Of a DNA stretch of 64,000 nucleotides, positions 26,004-37,508 are shown in pieces (position 1 is the first letter of the stretch; each line of letters starts with the position of its first letter). The stretch covers positions 5,830 to 69,829 of the forward strand of contig JANNOO010000033.1 of the NCBI GenBank assembly GCA_031399165.1, read 5' to 3'. Source of the stretch: Alphaproteobacteria bacterium. Lineage in GTDB: Bacteria; Pseudomonadota; Alphaproteobacteria; Caulobacterales; Aquidulcibacteraceae. The notes under the pieces are model-generated. The model was not told the DNA's origin. It saw only the letters and a list, made by a program, of their open reading frames with translations, and did not search any database. A program made the position numbers and the translations under genes.

Positions 26004-27047
26004 CCGCAATTCCTGATCGGGCTGCAAAGGCGCGAACACCGCTTCGACCATTTCGTCAGTAACGGCCTCGATCGACGGCGGCGACCAGCGCGGTGCGTTA
26101 TCGCGATCAATCAGCTCGGCGCGAACGCCCTCTTTGAAATCAGGCAAACCTACGACCCGCAGGGCGATGCGGTATTCCATCTTCATATGCTCGGCGAAAG
26201 AACCGGCGCGCGCGCCGTGTTGCATTTGCCGTAGCGCGATCTTGATGGTCTGAGGCGATTTCGATTTCAGCAGCGCCAGCTGTTCGCGCGCCCATTCACC
26301 GTCTTCTCCCGCAAGCGCCGAGAAGATATCTTCCGCGCGATCGGCCGCGAACGAGCGGTCAATCGCCGCCCGATGAGGCGCGAGCGACGCAGCGCCTGGA
26401 TCGCTGTGAAATGCGGCAAGGACATCCGGCAACGCGCCGCCCTCAGGCGCAATCAAGCGCGCCTTCAGCGCCTCGATGCTCTCAGACGCCACAACATGCG
26501 TGGCGATACGGGCTGCAAAACAATCAGCAGCGCCCAGCCGGGCGCCGGTCAACCCCAGAAACACGCCGAGCCGCCCGGGAAGGCGTGGCAGAAACCAGCC
26601 GCCGCCGACATCAGGGAACAGGCCAATGCCCGTTTCAGGCATCGCCCACAGCGTGCGCTCCGTCGCGACGCGATAAGGCCCGTGGATCGAGACGCCGACG
26701 CCGCCGCCCATGGTTACGCCGTCCATCATCGCGACGTAGGGCTTGGGATAAGCGTGGATCAGCGCGTTGAGCGTATATTCAGCGGAGAAGAAGGCCGCCG
26801 CCAAGGCGCCATCGCCAGCGCCGCTTTCGGCGACCATGCGAATATCGCCGCCGGCGCAAAAGCCGCGTGGTCCGGCGTGATCGATCATCACCGCTTCGAC
26901 GCGCCGATCTTCACGCCAGGCGCGCAACGCGGCGTCCATCGCGCGGCACATGGGCGTGTTCAACGCGTTCAGCGCGCGTGGCCGGTTCAGCGTCAACCGT
27001 CCCAGCCGGCCTTCGATCCGCGCAATGACGTCTTCGGCTTCGCTCAA
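25998..27047 (-). CDS. enoyl-CoA hydratase/isomerase family, 3-hydroxyisobutyryl-CoA hydrolase-like
   Basis: 349 aa. Crotonase-fold motifs (FCAGGDI, MDGVTMGGGVG) and the ~350-aa length typical of HIBCH. Confidence 0.8.
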   Translation of the reverse strand: MSEAEDVIARIEGRLGRLTLNRPRALNALNTPMCRAMDAALRAWREDRRVEAVMIDHAGPRGFCAGGDIRMVAESGAGDGALAAAFFSAEYTLNALIHAYPKPYVAMMDGVTMGGGVGVSIHGPYRVATERTLWAMPETGIGLFPDVGGGWFLPRLPGRLGVFLGLTGARLGAADCFAARIATHVVASESIEALKARLIAPEGGALPDVLAAFHSDPGAASLAPHRAAIDRSFAADRAEDIFSALAGEDGEWAREQLALLKSKSPQTIKIALRQMQHGARAGSFAEHMKMEYRIALRVVGLPDFKEGVRAELIDRDNAPRWSPPSIEAVTDEMVEAVFAPLQPDQELRL

Positions 27048-27430
27048 AGCTTCTCGTCCGAGGCCGCGATGCGCGTGGTGAAGAGGCCGACGAGCAGCAT
27101 CGCCGTGTAGCCGAGCAGCTTGATCGCCCCGAATGCGCCATCTAGCGCGGCGTCAAGATTTGGAAACACGTTGGCGAACGTGTTGAGCGCGTAGACGTCG
27201 AGCGCCATGCCCGGCATCGCCAGCGCCACCGCCGCTTCGGCGCGATCGATCTTCGCTTCACGAAGCACGCGCAGCGCCAGAAGCGTGAACCCGCCCATCA
27301 CGATCGGGGAAGCAATCAGCAGCGCATAAACTCCTTCACCGGGAAAGAAGAAATCCTGTCCGAAGAAACGCAGAGCAAGCGTGACGACGAGCCACAATAC
27401 AAAGCCGAGCAGAGTTGCGCGCAAAATCAT
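27044..27430 (-). CDS. small 4-TM membrane protein, function unknown
   Basis: 128 aa and strongly hydrophobic, with a 4-nt overlap with the downstream crotonase-family gene. Confidence 0.55.
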   Translation of the reverse strand: MILRATLLGFVLWLVVTLALRFFGQDFFFPGEGVYALLIASPIVMGGFTLLALRVLREAKIDRAEAAVALAMPGMALDVYALNTFANVFPNLDAALDGAFGAIKLLGYTAMLLVGLFTTRIAASDEKL

Positions 27431-27445
27431 GGACGTTGTCCTTTT

Positions 27446-28690
27446 CTAATTCGTACCTTGCGCCACGGCTTTCAGCCGTTCGGCGATGGAGAGGCGATCG
27501 TCGGTAAAATCGGAATCGATCCACCAAGCTTCGACTTCGCGCATAACAGCGCCGACGCGCGGCCCAGCCGGCACGCCGGCGGCGACAATATCGTCTCCTG
27601 AAAGCGGCAGGCGCGGCCGCGTCCAGGCTTCTCCGATCGCCAGCAGGGCGCGCCATTGCGCGGCGGCCTTGCCTTCGGGATCCTCCGCCCAGACCAGCCT
27701 TACGCGATCGGCAAAGGTTTCGGCGCCCATCTGATACAGCAGCCGGCGTACTTCGCGGGGCGACAGATACGAAACCAGCCGCGCCCGCGCATCCAGCGCC
27801 GCGACGAGACGGCCGCGCTCCTCGTTCGACAATTTGAGCCGTCGCGCGAGCGCGCGCGCGATCTCCGGATCGTCGGGCAAAAAAGCCGCGAGGCGCAAAA
27901 GCGGATCGGCTGTATTGAAAATACCGGTTTCGATTTCGATCAGGCCGTCAAGGCGCGCGCGCCCGGCTGCTTCAGGCAAAACCAGCGGCAGCACGCCGCT
28001 GGTTTCCATCGCGATCAGCGCCGCGCGCGGATCTGGCGCGGCGAGCAGTTTCTTTATTTCCTTCCAAACCCGCTCAACGGAAAGCTGCGCAAGCCCATCC
28101 TTTAGGCGCGCGCAGGCGGCGAGCCCGTCCGGATTGGGGCCGGCTTTCCCATACCAGGCGAAGAAGCGGAAAAACCGCAAAATCCGAAGGTAGTCCTCGC
28201 GGATGCGCGTATCGGCGTCGCCGATAAACTGCACGCGGCCCTCGCGCGCGTCTTCGACGCCGCCGCCTGTGGGATCGTGCAACGCGCCGTCAGGCTCAGC
28301 ATAAAGCGCGTTGAACCGGAAATCGCGGCGCTGCGCGTCTTCAGCCCAATCGCGCGTGAACGCCACCGTCGCGCGGCGCCCATCGGTAGAAACGTCGCGC
28401 CGCAGCGTCGTGACTTCGTACGGCCGGTGATTGGCGATAACTGTGATCGTACCATGCTCGATGCCCGTGGGCGCCGCGCCCAGCCCCGCCGCGTGCGCGG
28501 CGGCGATCACCTGATCCGGCGTCAACACCGTGGCGATGTCGATGTCATCGACCTTCTGGCCGAGCAGCGTGTTGCGTACGCAGCCGCCGACAAAGCGCGC
28601 CCCGCCCGGCTCGGCGCTTTCCAGCGCAGCCATGACGGCTTGGGTTTCAGGCGCGGTCAGCCACGCGGCCGTTGGCAGACGCGGGCTCAC
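27446..28690 (-). CDS. tRNA nucleotidyltransferase (CCA-adding)/poly(A) polymerase family
   Basis: FVGGCVRNTLLG..DDIDIAT head-domain motif and RDF.FNALY. I place the start at GTG 28690 because it forms a GTGA overlap with the stop of the upstream small ORF. Confidence 0.8.
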   Translation of the reverse strand: MSPRLPTAAWLTAPETQAVMAALESAEPGGARFVGGCVRNTLLGQKVDDIDIATVLTPDQVIAAAHAAGLGAAPTGIEHGTITVIANHRPYEVTTLRRDVSTDGRRATVAFTRDWAEDAQRRDFRFNALYAEPDGALHDPTGGGVEDAREGRVQFIGDADTRIREDYLRILRFFRFFAWYGKAGPNPDGLAACARLKDGLAQLSVERVWKEIKKLLAAPDPRAALIAMETSGVLPLVLPEAAGRARLDGLIEIETGIFNTADPLLRLAAFLPDDPEIARALARRLKLSNEERGRLVAALDARARLVSYLSPREVRRLLYQMGAETFADRVRLVWAEDPEGKAAAQWRALLAIGEAWTRPRLPLSGDDIVAAGVPAGPRVGAVMREVEAWWIDSDFTDDRLSIAERLKAVAQGTN

Positions 28691-28932
28691 GGCTTCACCC
28701 GGTCTGGCACCAGCACGCCGTTTTCCAGATGCGCCGGTTCGAACGCGCCGGTGTTTGGAGGTTCCAGGAAAGCTGGCGCGAGAAAGCTGGCGACAGCGAA
28801 GATCACCGCCAGCGCCCAAACCTTGTTAGGGGGCGGCGCGCGGCTGTCCTCACCCACGACCCGGCGATAGATAAACAGCACGACAAGCGGCAGCGCGAAC
28901 GCCAGCGCAGCAAATATGAGGCGGACGATCAT
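28687..28932 (-). CDS. small 2-TM membrane protein, function unknown
   Basis: 81 aa with two hydrophobic helices. It has 4-nt overlaps with both flanking genes (ATGA at 28929-28932, GTGA at 28687-28690). Confidence 0.55.
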   Translation of the reverse strand: MIVRLIFAALAFALPLVVLFIYRRVVGEDSRAPPPNKVWALAVIFAVASFLAPAFLEPPNTGAFEPAHLENGVLVPDRVKP

Positions 28933-29612
28933 CGCGCCGCCTCGCCGAACAGCCGCTCATATAGCGCCCGGATCAAGCCCCCCGTTGCGCCCCAGATGTA
29001 GCGGTCGCCGTGGGTGATCGCATAATAAGATCGCATCTTGCCGCCGAATTCGCGCTGGTGACGCTGGTGATTGAGCGGATTGAGCAAGAAATCGAGCGGC
29101 GTTTCAAACACCTCATCGACCTCGCGCGGGTCCGGTGCGAGCGCAAAGCCCGGTTCAATATAGGCCACGACCGGCGAGATTATGTAGCCGGTGCCGGTGC
29201 GGTAGGCTCCATAGCCGCCGATCGGGCGAATGAAGCTGGCGGGCATGCCGGTCTCTTCAACAGTCTCGCGCACGGCCGCGGCGGCGGCGTCAGCGTCATT
29301 CGGCTGGATGCGCCCGCCGGGGAAGGATATTTGTCCGGCATGGGTCGGCATCGTGTCCGCGCGCTTGGTCAGCAGCAGTGTCCACCCCTCCGGCCGGCGC
29401 ACCAGCGGCACCAGAACGGCCGCCGGCGTCAGCGATTGAACGCCAGTATCGAAATCGTGATCACCGCCGGCTGCCAGCGCCGGCGGCGTCTCCAAAGGGT
29501 CAAGCCGCTGAGCCAAACGCGTTTCAAGATCGCCCAATGTGCTCACGCCGCGCCCCTCGTGCGACGGCGTGCGTACCTGGTGGCGGTGGCGTCCGGCCTG
29601 ATCGAAATCCAT
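28929..29612 (-). CDS. CoA pyrophosphatase-type NUDIX hydrolase
   Basis: AAVLVPLV...LLLTKRADTMPTHAGQISFPGGRI...AAVRETVEETG is the NudL-type Nudix pattern. Start chosen at ATG 29612, just after the DUF1285 stop; upstream ATGs at 29684 and 29744 are possible. Confidence 0.75.
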   Translation of the reverse strand: MDFDQAGRHRHQVRTPSHEGRGVSTLGDLETRLAQRLDPLETPPALAAGGDHDFDTGVQSLTPAAVLVPLVRRPEGWTLLLTKRADTMPTHAGQISFPGGRIQPNDADAAAAAVRETVEETGMPASFIRPIGGYGAYRTGTGYIISPVVAYIEPGFALAPDPREVDEVFETPLDFLLNPLNHQRHQREFGGKMRSYYAITHGDRYIWGATGGLIRALYERLFGEAAR

Positions 29613-29625
29613 CTTGCCGCGCAAC

Positions 29626-30189
29626 TCATTCCGCCGCGCCGAGATCAAACGCGGCGCCGCCGCTGAATATACGAAGCCGTCCATGGTGCGGCTCTGCCCA
29701 ACCGGCCAATTCGTAAAACGGCGCCCGCAGAATGCGCGCTTCAAGACCTTCGCGCACCGTCACGTAAGGCCGCGGCGCGCCGCCAGATTCCATGACACGT
29801 ATGGGGTTTTCCGGCCCAGCCGGAATCACATCACCGACATTTGTGGTGAAGGCGATCGCCTGATCATGGCCCTCGCCGAGGCGGTCCGCGCGGATCGCCA
29901 CGAACGGCGCGTCGTGAACGCGCACGCGCATTTTCTCGACCGGCGTGACGATATAGACGGCGCCGTCCGCCTCACGCCGCAGAATCGATGCGAACAGACG
30001 CACGAGCGCCGGCCGGCCGATACGGGCGCCTTCGTGCCACCAAGAGCCGTCGGCGCGGATTTCGATGCTCGACTCGCCGCAATCGGGAGGGTTCCACAAA
30101 TGGACCGGCGGCCGGGCGCCTGCCGCGCCAGCCTCTTTCGCCAACGCCGCCAAACCAGCATCAATATTTGCGCCCGATACGCCGATCAT
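29626..30189 (-). CDS. DUF1285 family protein
   Basis: Start at ATG 30189 (MIGVSG...). The segment ...IRADGSWWHEGARIGRPALVRLFASIL..DG.YIVTPVEK is the DUF1285 pattern. The remaining 5' part of ORF 29626..30678 is Ser/Ala/Arg-rich shadow sequence. Confidence 0.7.
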   Translation of the reverse strand: MIGVSGANIDAGLAALAKEAGAAGARPPVHLWNPPDCGESSIEIRADGSWWHEGARIGRPALVRLFASILRREADGAVYIVTPVEKMRVRVHDAPFVAIRADRLGEGHDQAIAFTTNVGDVIPAGPENPIRVMESGGAPRPYVTVREGLEARILRAPFYELAGWAEPHHGRLRIFSGGAAFDLGAAE

Positions 30190-30253
30190 GCGACCTGATC
30201 TTGCAACCTGCCCAAAAATCCGCCTGCTTGCGGGACTAGGAACATCTTCGCCC

Positions 30254-31258
<1,005 letters not shown>

Positions 31259-31290
31259 CCCCCCGCCCTTTGCGCGGGATTTTAGAGCGG

Positions 31291-32142
31291 ATGACAGAAC
31301 TACAAACCGCCCGCACCGAAGCCGCCAATCTCGCCGGCGATCTACCGGGCGTCCTGCTTGAGGCGCGCCGGCTGGCCGCGTTTGCGCCGGGCGTTCACGG
31401 CCGGCGCCGGTCAGGCCAGGGCGAAGCGTTCTGGCAGTTTCGCGATCACCGGCCTGAGGACGGCGCCCGCCTCGTCGATTGGCGCCGTTCTGCGCGCGGC
31501 GAGCGGCTGTACGTGCGGGAACGCGAAAGGGAGACCGCGCAGACCGGGCTATTCTGGGTCGATCGTTCACCCGGCATGGGCTGGGCGTCTTCGCCGGCGA
31601 CGCCGTCAAAACATCAGCGTGCGTTAGTGCTGTGCCTGGCCTTCGCCGTGCTGCTTTCCAAGGGCGGTGAACGGATCGGCGCGTTAGGCGGGCCGCACCC
31701 GCGCGCCGGCATGCGCGCCGCCGACCGGCTGGCGCCCGATCTGATCGCGCCGCAAAAAGGCGAACCGGCCGATCCGAGACCAAAATCCATCACCATCTAC
31801 GCCAGCGATTTTTACGCGCCAGTGCAAACATGGGCCGAGCGCCTCAAGCGCGCTGCGGCCATCGGCGCGAGCGGCGCGCTGATCCAGGTTTCCGATCCGG
31901 CGGAAGAGGATTTCCCTTTCCGCGGCCGCACGCTATTCGAACAGCCCGGCGGCGTTCAGCCGATCATTTTCGGCCGCGCAGAAGAAGCGCGCGAAGCCTA
32001 CGCGCAACGGCTGATCCAGCATCGTCAGGCCATGCGTGAAATGGCGCGAACCTACGGCTTCATGCTGATCGCACACCGCACTGATCATAGCGCCGCGCCG
32101 GCCCTGAGCCTGCTGGCCGCTTCCCTATCGGAGCGCGGATGA
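31291..32142 (+). CDS. DUF58 domain protein (MoxR partner)
   Basis: GVHGRRRSGQGEAFWQFRDHRPEDGARLVDWRRSAR is the DUF58 core motif. ATG at 31291. Confidence 0.8.
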   Translation: MTELQTARTEAANLAGDLPGVLLEARRLAAFAPGVHGRRRSGQGEAFWQFRDHRPEDGARLVDWRRSARGERLYVRERERETAQTGLFWVDRSPGMGWASSPATPSKHQRALVLCLAFAVLLSKGGERIGALGGPHPRAGMRAADRLAPDLIAPQKGEPADPRPKSITIYASDFYAPVQTWAERLKRAAAIGASGALIQVSDPAEEDFPFRGRTLFEQPGGVQPIIFGRAEEAREAYAQRLIQHRQAMREMARTYGFMLIAHRTDHSAAPALSLLAASLSERG

Positions 32143-34838
32143 ATTTTGGCCCGTTCTTCTTCGCGGCGCCATTGGCGCTGGCCGCGCTGGCGGCGCTGCC
32201 GATCCTGTTCCTGATCTTGCGCGCCACGCCGCCCGCCCCGCGCCGCGAATTTTTCCCCCCGCTGCGCCTCCTGCTCGGTCTGCGCACAGAGGAAGAATCC
32301 CGCAAGCGCGCGCCGCTCTGGCTGGTGCTGCTGCGCGCGCTCGCCGCCGCGCTGATGATTATCGGCTTTGCGCGGCCAAGCCTGGCGCCGCGCGAAGTCG
32401 CCGGCGCCGCTTCGGGCCCGCTTCTGCTGGTGATTGACGATGGCTGGACCGCTGCGCCCGGCTGGGCGCAAGCGCGCGCGGCAGCGGAAGATATTCTAGC
32501 CGAGTCCGAGCGTTCCAAAGAGCAGGTGTTCGTATTGACGACCGCGCCAGCGCGCACGCCGCGCGAAGCGGGCGAAGCGCTTAACGGCGCTGACGCGCGC
32601 GGGATGGTCAGCCGTCTTGAGCCCCGGCCCTGGCGCCCCGACCGCGCCGACGCGTTGAAGCGACTACCGCAAAAACCGGAGCGGTTCTCCCGCATCGTCT
32701 GGATCAGCGATGGGATCGAAGATCCGGGCGCTAGGGACTTCGCCGCAGCCTTGCAACGGCGCGGCCCGGTCACGGCGCGGATTCCGCCGCGCCTGCCGCG
32801 CGCGGTGTTTTCAGCCGCCGCCACCGCCGAGGGCGTTGAAGCTGAGATTCGCCGCACGCCCGGCGGGCTGGGGCAAGGCGCCATCGCCGCAGAGACGCTG
32901 GAAGGCCGATCGCTTGGCGCCGGTGAGTTCCGGTTCAATCCGGGCGCCGATTCCGTGATCGCGCGTGTGACCTTGCCGCCGGAAATCGCCGCGCGCGCCG
33001 CGCGGGTGCGCATCGTGGGTGAAACCAGCGCAGGCGCTACCCGGCTTTTATCGGCCGGCAGCGGCCGTCCGCTGGTCGGCATTGTGGCGCCGAGCAGCGA
33101 GCCGCAGCCGCTGCTCTCCGATCCGTTTTATATCGAGCGGGCGATCTCGCCGTTCGCCGCGGTGCGGCGCGGCGAAATCCGTCCGCTGGTGGACGCCGGC
33201 ATGCAGGCGATCGTCCTGCCAGACACGAGCCGCCTTGCCCCGCCCGAGCGCAATGCGCTCGACGAGTGGATCAAGAAGGGCGGACTTCTGGTCCGCTTCG
33301 CCGGGCCGCGCATGGCGAACGCCGTGGATGATCTGACGCCAGTAAAGTTGCGTCCCGGCTCACGCGCGCTCGGCGGCGCGATGGGCTGGGAAAAGCCGCA
33401 AGGCATCGCACCGTTCACCACGGAGAGCCCGTTTTCCGGCCTCACGCCGCCAGCCGACGTTACGGTCTCGCGACAGGTGCTTGCCGATCCCAGCGCCGAG
33501 CGCGAAGGCCGGATCTGGGCGCGGCTGGCCGATGGCGCGCCAATCGTGACCGCCGCAGCGCGCGACAAGGGCCTCGTGGTGCTGTTCCACATTTCCGCTG
33601 GCCCGGCCTGGTCCGATCTGCCGCTTTCGGGTCTCTACGTCGATATGCTCCGCCGCACGCTGCAATTTGCCGGGCGCGCGCAGGGCGCGATCTCCGATCA
33701 GCCCAGCAGCGGCCCATGGCTGCCAGCGCGCCTGATGGATGGTTATGGCGCGCTGGCGCCGCCAGGATCTGACGCCAAATCCGTTCCCGCCGACATTTTC
33801 CCAGACGCGAAGGCCGGACCCGACACGCCGCCGGGCTTCTACGAACGGCCGGGCTCGCCGGGCTCGACGATTGACGCAGCCTCGGTGAAAGACACCTTCG
33901 CCGCGCTGACATTGCCGAACGGAATCACGCGCATGCAGCTCGACGGCGAAAGCAATCGCTTCCTCAGCGGCTGGTTCCTTGGCTTGGCTTCGTTGCTGAT
34001 CGCGCTCGACCTGATCCTGGCGCTGGCGCTGGCCGGACGCTTGCCGCGCCTGCCGACGCGCGCGCAGGCGACCTACGGGGCAGTCCTGCTGGCGCTGGTT
34101 CTGCTGGGCGCGCCGCAGCCCGCATACGCGCAGGCGGGCGCGGCCGAATATGAGACGCGTTTGGCTTACATCCGCACCGGCGACGGCAGCCGCGACCGCA
34201 TTACGGCGCAAGGTCTCGAAGGCCTTTCGCAGATTTTGCGCGAGCGCACGTCCGTTGAACCCGGCCCGGTGGTGGGCGTCGATCCCGCGCGGGACGACCT
34301 TTCGCCCTATCCTATCCTGTATTGGGCGGCGCCCGATTCACCGGCGCGCGTTTCCGACGCCGCTTTGGCCAACCTTGATCGTTACATGCGCCTTGGCGGA
34401 CTGATCTTCCTCGACACGCGCGATTCAGGCCGCACCGTTTCGCCTGGCCAAGGCCCCGCCGCGCGATTGCTGGCGGGCCTCGACACGCCGCCGCTTGAGC
34501 AGATCAGCAATGATCACGTGCTGACCAAAACTTTCTATCTGTTGAAAAACGGCTTCGCGGGCCGCAGCGCGGCCACCCGCATTTGGGGTGAAACCGCCGC
34601 CTCCGCCGCCGCGCGTGACGGCGTTGCTTCGCTGATGATTGGCGATGGCGATTGGGCGTCGACCTGGTCGCAGGATTTTGAAGAGCCAAGTTTTGACGGC
34701 CCGGCCAGCCAGTACGAGATGGCAATGCGGTTTGGCGTCAATCTTGTCATGATGGCGCTGACCGGCAATTACAAAGCCGACCAGGTTCATGTGCCGGCGC
34801 TGCTCGAACGGCTTGGCCGCAGCGGGGCGCGCCCATGA
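32139..34838 (+). CDS. BatA-type N-terminal double-TM domain / DUF4159 large membrane protein
   Basis: The N-terminus FAAPLALAALAALPILFLILRATPP..R..FPPLRLL is the aerotolerance-regulator-type double-TM motif. There is a DUF4159-like C-terminus and an ATGA overlap with DUF58. Confidence 0.7.
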   Translation: MNFGPFFFAAPLALAALAALPILFLILRATPPAPRREFFPPLRLLLGLRTEEESRKRAPLWLVLLRALAAALMIIGFARPSLAPREVAGAASGPLLLVIDDGWTAAPGWAQARAAAEDILAESERSKEQVFVLTTAPARTPREAGEALNGADARGMVSRLEPRPWRPDRADALKRLPQKPERFSRIVWISDGIEDPGARDFAAALQRRGPVTARIPPRLPRAVFSAAATAEGVEAEIRRTPGGLGQGAIAAETLEGRSLGAGEFRFNPGADSVIARVTLPPEIAARAARVRIVGETSAGATRLLSAGSGRPLVGIVAPSSEPQPLLSDPFYIERAISPFAAVRRGEIRPLVDAGMQAIVLPDTSRLAPPERNALDEWIKKGGLLVRFAGPRMANAVDDLTPVKLRPGSRALGGAMGWEKPQGIAPFTTESPFSGLTPPADVTVSRQVLADPSAEREGRIWARLADGAPIVTAAARDKGLVVLFHISAGPAWSDLPLSGLYVDMLRRTLQFAGRAQGAISDQPSSGPWLPARLMDGYGALAPPGSDAKSVPADIFPDAKAGPDTPPGFYERPGSPGSTIDAASVKDTFAALTLPNGITRMQLDGESNRFLSGWFLGLASLLIALDLILALALAGRLPRLPTRAQATYGAVLLALVLLGAPQPAYAQAGAAEYETRLAYIRTGDGSRDRITAQGLEGLSQILRERTSVEPGPVVGVDPARDDLSPYPILYWAAPDSPARVSDAALANLDRYMRLGGLIFLDTRDSGRTVSPGQGPAARLLAGLDTPPLEQISNDHVLTKTFYLLKNGFAGRSAATRIWGETAASAAARDGVASLMIGDGDWASTWSQDFEEPSFDGPASQYEMAMRFGVNLVMMALTGNYKADQVHVPALLERLGRSGARP

Positions 34839-36877
34839 CCGGCGAACGGCTTGGCTTTGATCCGAGCATGCCCTGGCCGCTCCTGATCGCGCTGGCGATC
34901 TTTGCGGCAGTGATGTGGGTCGCGTACGTGTTCAGGCGCGGGCGCGCGCCGATCCTGCGCGCCATCGGCCTTACGCTGCTGATGATCGCCATCGCCCAGC
35001 CGATGCTCGTGCGCGAAACGCGCGAACCGGCAAACGACGTGGCGGCGCTGATCATTGACCAGAGCGAGAGCCTCAAACTCGCCGGCCGGCTGGACGCGGC
35101 GCGCGCAGCGGGCGCGGCATTGGCGCAGAAGCTATCTAAGGAAACCGGCCTCGAGCTGCGCGTGCGCGAAGCGCGTGGCGGGCCAGACGGCACCGCGCTG
35201 GTGGCGGCGGCGGAGGAAGCGCTGGCCGACGCGCCGCGAGACCGCATTGCCGGCGCCATACTGGTGACGGACGGCCAGGTCTCCGATGTTCCTGCTGATC
35301 TGAAGAACGCGCGCAATAACGGACCAATTCATGCGCTGATCGTGGGCGATCCCAATCGCGGCGACCGGCGCCTTGAACTGATCTCGGCGCCCGGCTTTGG
35401 CATTGTCGGCGAACCCGTGACGGTCGAAGCGCGCGTGATTGATCCGAGACCGGGCGGCCAGGTGCGGGTGACGGTGGCGGTCGATGGCAAACCTCTGCGC
35501 GAAACCATTGTGGAAGCCGGCAAGCCGTTCAAGCTGACCATGTCGCCGCCCAAGCGCGGCCCCAACATGGTAATCATTGAAGCCGAAGCCGGGCCGCAGG
35601 AGATCAGCCGCGCCAACAATCGCGCCGCGTTTGAGTTGCAGGGCGTGCGTGACCGCCTGCGCGTGCTGCTCGTCACTGGCTCGCCCTATCCGGGCGCGCG
35701 GGTGTGGCGTAATCTGCTGAAATCCGATCCCAGCGTCGATCTGGTTCACTTCACCATCCTGCGCGCCGCCGACAAGCTCGACATGACGCCGCAAAGCGAG
35801 CTTGCGCTGATCGCGTTTCCGACGCGCGAATTGTTCGAGCAGAAGATCGACCAGTTCGATCTGATCATTTTCGACCGTTATCGCCGGCAGGGCATGCTGC
35901 CGTTGGCCTATTTTGAAAACATCGCCCAGCGCGTGGAAGCTGGGGGGGCGATGCTGATCGCGGCGGGGCCGGAAGAAGCCGGCGAAGACAGCCTATCGCG
36001 CACGCCGATCGCGGCGATCCTGCCTTCTCAGCCCAACGGCTCGCTTATCGAACAGCCATTTCGACCCACGCTTACCGGCGTCGGACAGCGCCATCCGGTA
36101 ACCCGCGGTCTGCCATCGCCCGAGCGCTGGGGCCGCTGGAACCGGGAAGTCGATGCGACCGCCAGCGGCGGGCGTACTCTGCTCGCGGGCGCGGGCGGCG
36201 CGCCGCTGCTGGTGCTTGACCGCGCCGGCCAGGGGCGCGTGGCGCAGCTCTGGTCGGATCAGGCGTGGCTCTGGGCGCGCGGCTATGACGGCGGCGGCCC
36301 GCACGGCGAATTGCTGCGCCGGCTAGGCCACTGGCTGATGCAGGAGCCGGAACTGGAAGAAGAACGCCTTACCGCCAAATCCATGCCTGAAGGGCTGATC
36401 GTGGAACGCTCCACGCTGGGCGATGCGCCGGGAGAGGCGGAACTCACGTCGCCGTCCGGCGCCAAGGTGCGCCAGACCTTGCAAGCGTTCGCGCCTGGCG
36501 TTTTCCGCACCACGGTGCAGACCGACGAAACCGGGCTCTATGAAATCCGTTCGGGTTCGCTGCAGGCGTTCGCTGCCGTCGGCCCGCTCAATCCAAAGGA
36601 GGCGGCGGCAGTCGCCGCTACGCCGGCCATCCTGGAGCCGCTGGCGCGCGCCCGCGGCGGCGGCGTCACCATTCTCGGCGAAACCGGCATGCCCGTTCCC
36701 GATATTCGCCGCGTCGATCGCAACGCGGGAACACAAGGGGCTGGATGGATCGGCCTGCGGCGCAACAATGCCTACGTTGTGCGCGCTTCGGCCGCCGAAC
36801 CGTTTGGACCCGGTTGGGTCTGGGCGGTCGCGGGGCTGGCCGTGCTGATGCTGGGCTGGCGCCGCGAAGCGGGTTAG
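34835..36877 (+). CDS. large membrane protein, fourth gene of the MoxR/DUF58 operon
   Basis: 680 aa with N- and C-terminal TM helices and a 4-nt overlap with the upstream gene. No catalytic motif recognised. Confidence 0.6.
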   Translation: MTGERLGFDPSMPWPLLIALAIFAAVMWVAYVFRRGRAPILRAIGLTLLMIAIAQPMLVRETREPANDVAALIIDQSESLKLAGRLDAARAAGAALAQKLSKETGLELRVREARGGPDGTALVAAAEEALADAPRDRIAGAILVTDGQVSDVPADLKNARNNGPIHALIVGDPNRGDRRLELISAPGFGIVGEPVTVEARVIDPRPGGQVRVTVAVDGKPLRETIVEAGKPFKLTMSPPKRGPNMVIIEAEAGPQEISRANNRAAFELQGVRDRLRVLLVTGSPYPGARVWRNLLKSDPSVDLVHFTILRAADKLDMTPQSELALIAFPTRELFEQKIDQFDLIIFDRYRRQGMLPLAYFENIAQRVEAGGAMLIAAGPEEAGEDSLSRTPIAAILPSQPNGSLIEQPFRPTLTGVGQRHPVTRGLPSPERWGRWNREVDATASGGRTLLAGAGGAPLLVLDRAGQGRVAQLWSDQAWLWARGYDGGGPHGELLRRLGHWLMQEPELEEERLTAKSMPEGLIVERSTLGDAPGEAELTSPSGAKVRQTLQAFAPGVFRTTVQTDETGLYEIRSGSLQAFAAVGPLNPKEAAAVAATPAILEPLARARGGGVTILGETGMPVPDIRRVDRNAGTQGAGWIGLRRNNAYVVRASAAEPFGPGWVWAVAGLAVLMLGWRREAG

Positions 36878-37380
36878 CGATCCGCCGGCGGAGCGATTGC
36901 GCCTACCAGGCCTTCAAGTGCGCCTTCCCGCAGCGCGGTCCATTGCAAGCGCCGCGCTTCGGCTGGGCCGGGCATCAATACGCGCCCGGCCGGAATCTGG
37001 CAGAAGCCGAGCGCGCTGAAAAAGGAAGGTTCGCCCATCAGTACGATCGCCTCGCAGCCAGCCGCGCGGCAGCCCTCGATCGTGCTTTGCACCAGCGCAT
37101 GGCCAAGGCCGCCATGCTGCGCTTGCGGATCAACGGCGAGCGGGCCGAGAAACAAAGCCGCGCGCGCACCAATGTGAATTTCATAGATGCGGCAGACGCC
37201 GACGGCCTCGCCTGCCACCACCGCTACGCGGGAAAGGCCGGGCGCATGGCGCGCGAACTCGCGTACGCGCTCGGATGGTTTGGCAAATCGGCCCGGGCCG
37301 AATGCGCGGTCCAGCACGCGCTCGATCGGCGCCTGATGCGCCGGCGTTTCGGCGACAAGGACGGGCGCTGCGATCGTCAT
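36874..37380 (-). CDS. GNAT family N-acetyltransferase
   Basis: Start at ATG 37380 (MTIAAPVLVAE...). Contains the acetyl-CoA-binding-like segment LAVDPQAQHGGLGHALV. Confidence 0.7.
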   Translation of the reverse strand: MTIAAPVLVAETPAHQAPIERVLDRAFGPGRFAKPSERVREFARHAPGLSRVAVVAGEAVGVCRIYEIHIGARAALFLGPLAVDPQAQHGGLGHALVQSTIEGCRAAGCEAIVLMGEPSFFSALGFCQIPAGRVLMPGPAEARRLQWTALREGALEGLVGAIAPPADR

Positions 37381-37508
37381 GGGCGATGATGCGGACAAAA
37401 TGCTGCGCCCCCATAAAGGCGCGGGCGTATAGGCCGCGCCGCCAGCGCCTGTCAAAGCGTTTCGCGCGTGGACGGCGCAGCCCCCGGCGTGCCAGAACCC
37501 CGCCACCC